Assembly: GCA_963693055.1 (NCBI GenBank)
Contig: OY843751.1
Span: forward strand, 2,464,001-2,528,000
From: a bacterium
GTDB taxonomy: Bacteria; Zhuqueibacterota; Zhuqueibacteria; Residuimicrobiales; Krinioviventaceae
Direction: 5' to 3'
DNA: 64,000 nucleotides
The notes under the pieces are model-generated. The model searched no databases. It had not been told where the DNA came from and saw nothing but the letters and a program-made list of their open reading frames with translations. The translations under genes were made by a program, and so were the position numbers. Numbering within the stretch: position 1 is the first letter of the stretch; each line of letters begins with the position of its first letter. Below, in pieces: positions 58,956-64,000 of this stretch.

Positions 58956-60827
58956 ATGTGTAGCAAATATGTTAACTCTATTATTTTATTAATCGCTGCA
59001 TTGGCTCTCCAAATCGATGCGCAAGGTGATTCAAATTTTTTAGTTTACCCATATTTGCAATTTGCTACAGATAGCAGCATCACCGTAATGTGGGAAACCC
59101 AATCAAAAACCTCAACCAAAGTATACTATTCTCAAGATACTCCTCTTGCTCATGAAATTTCTATCCCGGGAATGTTAACCATGCATGAGGTTGTCATTTC
59201 CAATCTTGACCCGGCTGCAAAATACTTTTACCAGGTTGAATCGGTTAATGACGAAGGGGATACACTGAAAAGTGAATTACTAACCTTTTCTACCGCAGTT
59301 GATGAAAACACACCCGTTAGCTTTGCAATAGTGAGTGACACACAAACCAATCCACCTGTTTGGGGCAAAATATCAGATCTTGTATGGCGTGAACGTCCGC
59401 AATTTGTACTCCATGGTGGGGATATTGTAGGTACCGGTCGAAATAAAGATCAATGGGTTAATCATTTTTTTGCACCGGCTAAAGACCTGATGTCAAGAAT
59501 ACCCATATATACTGTTTTGGGAAATCATGACGGTGATGATGTGAATTATTACCGGTATATGCACAACCCTGATCCGGAATATTATTACACATTTCATTAT
59601 GGAAATGTTCAGTTTTTCATGATTGATACAAATCATGATTATTTTGAATCAAGTGATCAATATGTTAGGTTAGAGTGGGATTTGGCTAATTCTAAATCTT
59701 TATGGAAAGTTGTTGTTCATCATCATTCACCTTTCTCTTCTGATGAAAATGATTTTGGAGATTCATTTAACGAAAAAGCAGATATGGGTGAAGTGGAATT
59801 ACTGCCACTTGTCAAGCTTTATGAAAAGTATGGTGTAGATATGGTTTTCTGTGGTCACATTCATGATTATGAACGCAGCTGGCCAATATATGAAAATACA
59901 ATTGATCAGAAAAAGGGAGTGATCTATGTTCAAACCGGAGGTGCAGGAGGGGGATTGGAAAATTATGCACCTACCCGGTCATGGTTTACTGCCAAAGTCC
60001 ACCGTGATCATCATTTTTGTCTTGTCAATATATTTGACGGTACTTTAAATTTTCAGGCAATTGATCAGGATTGGCATTTGTTTGATCACTTTTCAATAAC
60101 CCAAAAACAACCCAAAATCAAATCAGCTGAACTTGATCCTCCTGCGCCCTTGCTTGCACCTAAAAAACAGGTTTTTCTCAATAACACAACGGTTGAAATT
60201 AAAAGTGCGTATAAAGATGCTATAATATATTACACACTAGATGGTTCTGAACCCAATGAAAATTCACACATTTATACTCAACCAATCAAAATATCAAATA
60301 CTATTACTTTAAAAGCTTGTGTGGTTTATAATGATAAAAAAAGTCAAATAGTATCTGGATATTATGAAAAAGCTGAATTTACTAAATCGGTAAAAAAGAA
60401 ATCTTTGAGTAAAGGTCTGGAATACAAATATTATGAAGGTCAATGGCAGTACCTTCCGGATTTTAAATCCCTTAATGTAGTAAATAGTGGAATTTCTGAT
60501 GATCTGGATCTTGATAAAATAAAGCAGCGTGATGACTATTGGGGCGTTGTATTCAATGGTTTTATTCATATTCCCGCAAAAGGTATTTATACTTTTGCTA
60601 CCAATTCCGATGATGGTACGCGTTTATATATTGCTGATAAATTGGTAGTAGATAATGATGGCCCGCACTCGCCAAGAAGTATATCCGGACAAATTGCTCT
60701 GGAAAAGGGAGTTCATCCATTCAAGCTTGAATATTTTGATGATTACGGCGGCGAAGTACTATTGGTATGGATAATTGGCCCTGATTTTGAAAAACAATTA
60801 TTACCTCTGGATTTATTAGTTCATTAG
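58956..60827 (+). CDS. Secreted purple-acid-phosphatase-like metallophosphoesterase with Fn3-like and PA14 domains
   Basis: SDTQ, GGDIV, GNHD, HH and GHIHDYER metal motifs; IYYTLDGSEP; YTFATNSDDGTRLYI...DNDG.H (PA14). Confidence 0.88.
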   Translation: MCSKYVNSIILLIAALALQIDAQGDSNFLVYPYLQFATDSSITVMWETQSKTSTKVYYSQDTPLAHEISIPGMLTMHEVVISNLDPAAKYFYQVESVNDEGDTLKSELLTFSTAVDENTPVSFAIVSDTQTNPPVWGKISDLVWRERPQFVLHGGDIVGTGRNKDQWVNHFFAPAKDLMSRIPIYTVLGNHDGDDVNYYRYMHNPDPEYYYTFHYGNVQFFMIDTNHDYFESSDQYVRLEWDLANSKSLWKVVVHHHSPFSSDENDFGDSFNEKADMGEVELLPLVKLYEKYGVDMVFCGHIHDYERSWPIYENTIDQKKGVIYVQTGGAGGGLENYAPTRSWFTAKVHRDHHFCLVNIFDGTLNFQAIDQDWHLFDHFSITQKQPKIKSAELDPPAPLLAPKKQVFLNNTTVEIKSAYKDAIIYYTLDGSEPNENSHIYTQPIKISNTITLKACVVYNDKKSQIVSGYYEKAEFTKSVKKKSLSKGLEYKYYEGQWQYLPDFKSLNVVNSGISDDLDLDKIKQRDDYWGVVFNGFIHIPAKGIYTFATNSDDGTRLYIADKLVVDNDGPHSPRSISGQIALEKGVHPFKLEYFDDYGGEVLLVWIIGPDFEKQLLPLDLLVH

Positions 60828-60958
60828 TCAGTAAGATTTAAGAGATGAAACCATGTTTTCATTATACAATTTATATATCAATTGTCATTTCAGTTGAGTC
60901 TGACTTTTGTATGTAACTTTAATAAATTAAAATATTTTACAATACCTGCAATGGATTC

Positions 60959-62701
60959 TTGATTATAGTGAAAAAGTTTGCCCTGGGATTACATCATTTA
61001 AACATTGCCTATGTTGCCGGTGATTATAACTCTTATCATCGCCAGGTAACAGAATCAGTTATTCCCTTGTTGGATTTGCTAGGGCGCCATTCTTCCTGGT
61101 GTTTCAATATAGAGTTGAGTGGGTATTCTATCGAGTTTATTGCAAAACATTACCCCATTGTATTAAACCGATTAAAAATTCTCATCGAGTCTAAACAGAT
61201 CCATCTCATTTCTGCTGAATATGCTCCAAGAATTTGGTTTTCTTTTCCCCGTAAAGATATGCTTAAATCAATAGAAATGAATGTTCAAATTTTGAATAAA
61301 TATGATTTAAAAGCCAGTCGCATATATTTTGCTCAGGAAAATTTTTTTGGTCCAGGGATTAGCTCTTTGGAAGATTGGTTTGATACTGCAATTATCAAAG
61401 ATGATTACTTTTACCATCTTTATCCCAATTTAATCAAGGATGATATGCAACCCCCATATTATAAATTAAATAAACAAAAACTTGTAATAGGATGGGGGCA
61501 TATACTTGAAGAAATGGCAGGAAAAGTTTTCAAATCAAACGAACATATAAATTCTGAATATGCTCATTGGCCTGAAAATAGATTAAATCTGCTTGGAAAA
61601 GCATTAACAGGCAGACTGTTTGCAAGTAAAGTGCCATTTCAATCTCAAACTTGGAATGAAATAGAATGGACCTGGTATCATTTTGGCTCCAGTGAGAGGT
61701 TTTCAAAATTTTGGACGGATCCTTCTGATCCTGATCGATATAAGTTTGAACCGCAATGGATCTCTGTTGCTGAAAAGTGTCTGGAGACATATGAAGAGCA
61801 AGGCTTTGAAATATCAGCTATTGATGATTTTGTAAATGCAATTGAGACAAACGGATTTAATGCTCCTATAGCTCCTGCTTTAGTTGAAGGCTCCTGGAAT
61901 ATGAAGAAAAGCAGAGGGGGATTTGTTTGGATGGGGCAGAATAGCAATGATTTTCATAATGCTCTTGAAATACGTAATCAGAATTCAATTACCCGTAAAC
62001 AAATTATGGAACTGGAACAAAGTTTGGTGATTGAAAAGAAGCCAAAACTCTTGAATTATCTTTGGAAATTGCAGCTCCTTTCTGAAACCAGTGATTCTAC
62101 CGGCTGGCTGCCAAAACCTTGTGAAGTCGAATTCAGCCTCTCAAAGTCCAAGAGAATTCATCATATTTATGATCTTTTGATGAACCAGACAAATGTTAAG
62201 CCTCAAACCTTTTCATGGTCAAAATTTTTCAATGGAAAAGAGATTTCTTTTGATGAATTGTATGTTAAATGCTTTAAAGTTTATGGAGTTGTTGCAAAAT
62301 CAGAGTTCTTTCAGATCAATTCCAAAACTCAATTTATTAGAATAGAATTTTCTACAAGTAAGAATTTTGCCGGTGTTGGATTTAATTTAACAGAGAATAA
62401 TGTGCGATATTCACCGGCGTTACTTGAACAAGCAATTAATAAGATAAATCTTGATGCTTTAGCTCCTAAACAATTATGCCTGCCATTAACCAATGGCTTA
62501 ATATCAATTGATAATAATTTGCATGTAATTAAAAATAATGATTTATTTAATCTTTGTTGTATTGTTGATAAAGAGATGAAAAGTCTAAAGTTTGTTGTGG
62601 AGAAAGAAAAGACAAAACCTTTTGTCTGTGAATTTCTCTTGTTTCAAGGGGAAATAAATGATGCTTTAAAATTAGCAAACCAATTAAACCGGGCTGTTTA
62701 A
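60959..62701 (+). CDS. Divergent GH57-like protein
   Basis: HHLN, ELSG, FAQEN, SSERF, EGSW and SETSDSTGW follow the order of the GH57 conserved regions. Start uncertain (TTG 60959 or GTG 60968). Confidence 0.6.
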   Translation: MIIVKKFALGLHHLNIAYVAGDYNSYHRQVTESVIPLLDLLGRHSSWCFNIELSGYSIEFIAKHYPIVLNRLKILIESKQIHLISAEYAPRIWFSFPRKDMLKSIEMNVQILNKYDLKASRIYFAQENFFGPGISSLEDWFDTAIIKDDYFYHLYPNLIKDDMQPPYYKLNKQKLVIGWGHILEEMAGKVFKSNEHINSEYAHWPENRLNLLGKALTGRLFASKVPFQSQTWNEIEWTWYHFGSSERFSKFWTDPSDPDRYKFEPQWISVAEKCLETYEEQGFEISAIDDFVNAIETNGFNAPIAPALVEGSWNMKKSRGGFVWMGQNSNDFHNALEIRNQNSITRKQIMELEQSLVIEKKPKLLNYLWKLQLLSETSDSTGWLPKPCEVEFSLSKSKRIHHIYDLLMNQTNVKPQTFSWSKFFNGKEISFDELYVKCFKVYGVVAKSEFFQINSKTQFIRIEFSTSKNFAGVGFNLTENNVRYSPALLEQAINKINLDALAPKQLCLPLTNGLISIDNNLHVIKNNDLFNLCCIVDKEMKSLKFVVEKEKTKPFVCEFLLFQGEINDALKLANQLNRAV

Positions 62702-62716
62702 AACAACCCGGTTTAA
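62684..62716. terminator. Bidirectional hairpin between convergent genes
   Basis: TTAAACCGGGcTGTTT/AAACAACCCGGTTTAA, overlapping the stop at 62701. Confidence 0.7.
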
Positions 62717-62721
62717 AAAAA

Positions 62722-63303
62722 TTATTTTAAATCCGTTAATTTGTTAATCACTTTTCCGGCGAGTCCGTACTCTATGGCTTCTTCTGCATTCATCCAATAG
62801 TTGCGGTCTGTATCTTCGGCAATACGTTCATAAGGTTGACCGGTTCTGTCTGCAAAAATCCGGTTCAATCGTTCACGCATTTTTATAATCTCCCGGGCTT
62901 CAATACTAATATCAGAAGCCATACCGCCAACACCACCACTGGGCTGATGTAGCATAAAACGAGTGTTTGGCAAGCAGAAACGTTGTTCTTTAGGAGGCGC
63001 AGAATAAATTAATGCACCTGCACTTGCAACCCAACCGGTACCAATAATGTCAACCATGGGTTCAACAAAACGGATCATATCGTGAATGGTATCTCCAGCT
63101 TCAACGTGTCCACCCTGTGAATTGATAAAGATTTTAATTTTTTCATCAGAATCATTTGCCAATACCAGGATCTTTTCAGAAACTTCTTGTGCAACTTTTT
63201 GGTTAATTTCGCCAAAAATCATAATTGTACGTGTATCCAGGAGCTTTCCGGAAATTACATTGTTGAACATGTTTTCCGGTTTATTGTCTTTTTCTTTAGC
63301 CAT
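62722..63303 (-). CDS. clpP: ATP-dependent Clp protease proteolytic subunit
   Basis: FINSQGG, GWVASAG (Ser), RFMLHQPSGG (His), DTDRNYW (Asp), EAIEYGL. Confidence 0.95.
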   Translation of the reverse strand: MAKEKDNKPENMFNNVISGKLLDTRTIMIFGEINQKVAQEVSEKILVLANDSDEKIKIFINSQGGHVEAGDTIHDMIRFVEPMVDIIGTGWVASAGALIYSAPPKEQRFCLPNTRFMLHQPSGGVGGMASDISIEAREIIKMRERLNRIFADRTGQPYERIAEDTDRNYWMNAEEAIEYGLAGKVINKLTDLK

Positions 63304-63391
63304 TCTTAACCTTTCGTGATGTATACGTCATTTCTTGTACATACAAACTACAAAATTATTCAAATAATTTCAATAATTTATTCAATTCTTA

Positions 63392-64000
63392 TTATTGTTG
63401 CTTTTCCACAAACAGATCAAAAAACATTGGAATACAATTATCAGCAAGAGGGGATGCCGCATTCATCAAAACTACTATACCAATATTTCTGTAAAGGTCC
63501 AGGGCAATTTCTGCTCTAAATCCTTGTACATAACCGCCGTGGTAAACTAAAATATGATCATCAAATTCAAAAATGCGCCAACCTAATCCATACCAGGTTT
63601 GTCCCAGATTGTCCCATTTTCCAAAATAGCGTGACGCCTTTGCTGTTGGTATATGGGCTTTCATTATTTCTTTTCTTGTATTATTCGGAATAATGTCCGG
63701 GTACCCACCCAACATGGCTTTTACCCAGATGATCATATCATTTATGCTGGCGTTTATCCCGGCAGCGGGAGGGATATTATAGTACGAAGGTTTAACTGTT
63801 GTGGGAATCCACATACTATCTGCTTTAATATGGGGAAATGCATGATTGTGTTCCTGGAGATAAGCATCCATACCTATTGATGCATGCCTTAAATTTAAGG
63901 GATTGAAGATATATTCTTTCAAGAGTTTTTCAAAGGATTGATTGGTAATTCCAGCAAGTATGTCACCAGTTAAACTGAAAACCACATTTTGATAGTTGTA
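63392..64000 (-). CDS. Serine hydrolase, beta-lactamase class C/PBP family; 5' part lies beyond the window
   Basis: Frame open to the edge: YNYQN (YxN motif), IFNPLNL, PAAGINAS..DM, YGLGW, HGG...GF. Confidence 0.88.
   Translation of the reverse strand, partial: YNYQNVVFSLTGDILAGITNQSFEKLLKEYIFNPLNLRHASIGMDAYLQEHNHAFPHIKADSMWIPTTVKPSYYNIPPAAGINASINDMIIWVKAMLGGYPDIIPNNTRKEIMKAHIPTAKASRYFGKWDNLGQTWYGLGWRIFEFDDHILVYHGGYVQGFRAEIALDLYRNIGIVVLMNAASPLADNCIPMFFDLFVEKQQ

Noticed and set aside
1-64000. CRISPR arrays, tRNA/rRNA, IS elements, integrases, diversity-generating retroelements
   Set aside because: No regularly spaced repeats, RNA gene signatures, transposase, recombinase or reverse transcriptase motifs were seen; the repeats found are protein-domain duplications.

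Overview
Chromosomal window from an AT-rich bacterium, probably of the FCB superphylum outside Bacteroidota (KSB1/Calditrichota-like). This is inferred from FlgD-Ig-type T9SS C-terminal domains (NYPNPFN..), a PorV-like barrel and strong Shine-Dalgarno use. Nearly all genes are on the + strand. Blocks: (1) 1-16.6 kb, secreted proteins: a T9SS cargo with two ~288-aa repeats, a PpiC lipoprotein, two tandem ~1860-aa C10 protease/beta-helix paralogues and a ceramidase-family hydrolase. (2) 16.8-31.6 kb, a hydrogen-metabolism island: a sensory [FeFe]-hydrogenase-like domain fused to a histidine kinase, then a promoter flanked by two Rex/CRP-type boxes, then a 17-gene operon. The operon joins an AsrA/AsrB-like NAD(P)H module, a group 4 [NiFe]-hydrogenase, a complete Mrp antiporter with split MrpA and a maturation protease. 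(3) 31.7-37.3 kb: class D beta-lactamase, three Cys-rich lipoprotein paralogues, a CAP protein, an acid phosphatase, and three minus-strand units with matching ECF-type promoters (an intact gene, its pseudogene and an ORF-less unit). (4) 37.5-55.2 kb, a LacI-controlled alpha-glucan locus with no SusD, built on a TonB receptor, a 1280-aa partner, a PorV-like barrel and T9SS cargoes. (5) 55.4-64 kb: symporter and ribulokinase, PA14 phosphatase, divergent GH57-like protein, clpP and a truncated serine hydrolase. No rRNA, tRNA, CRISPR array or mobile element was recognised. Best candidates for an undescribed system are the sensor plus NAD(P)H-linked Mrp-hydrogenase island and the SusD-less TBDR/PorV glycan locus. 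All family assignments come from motif reading, not database searches.
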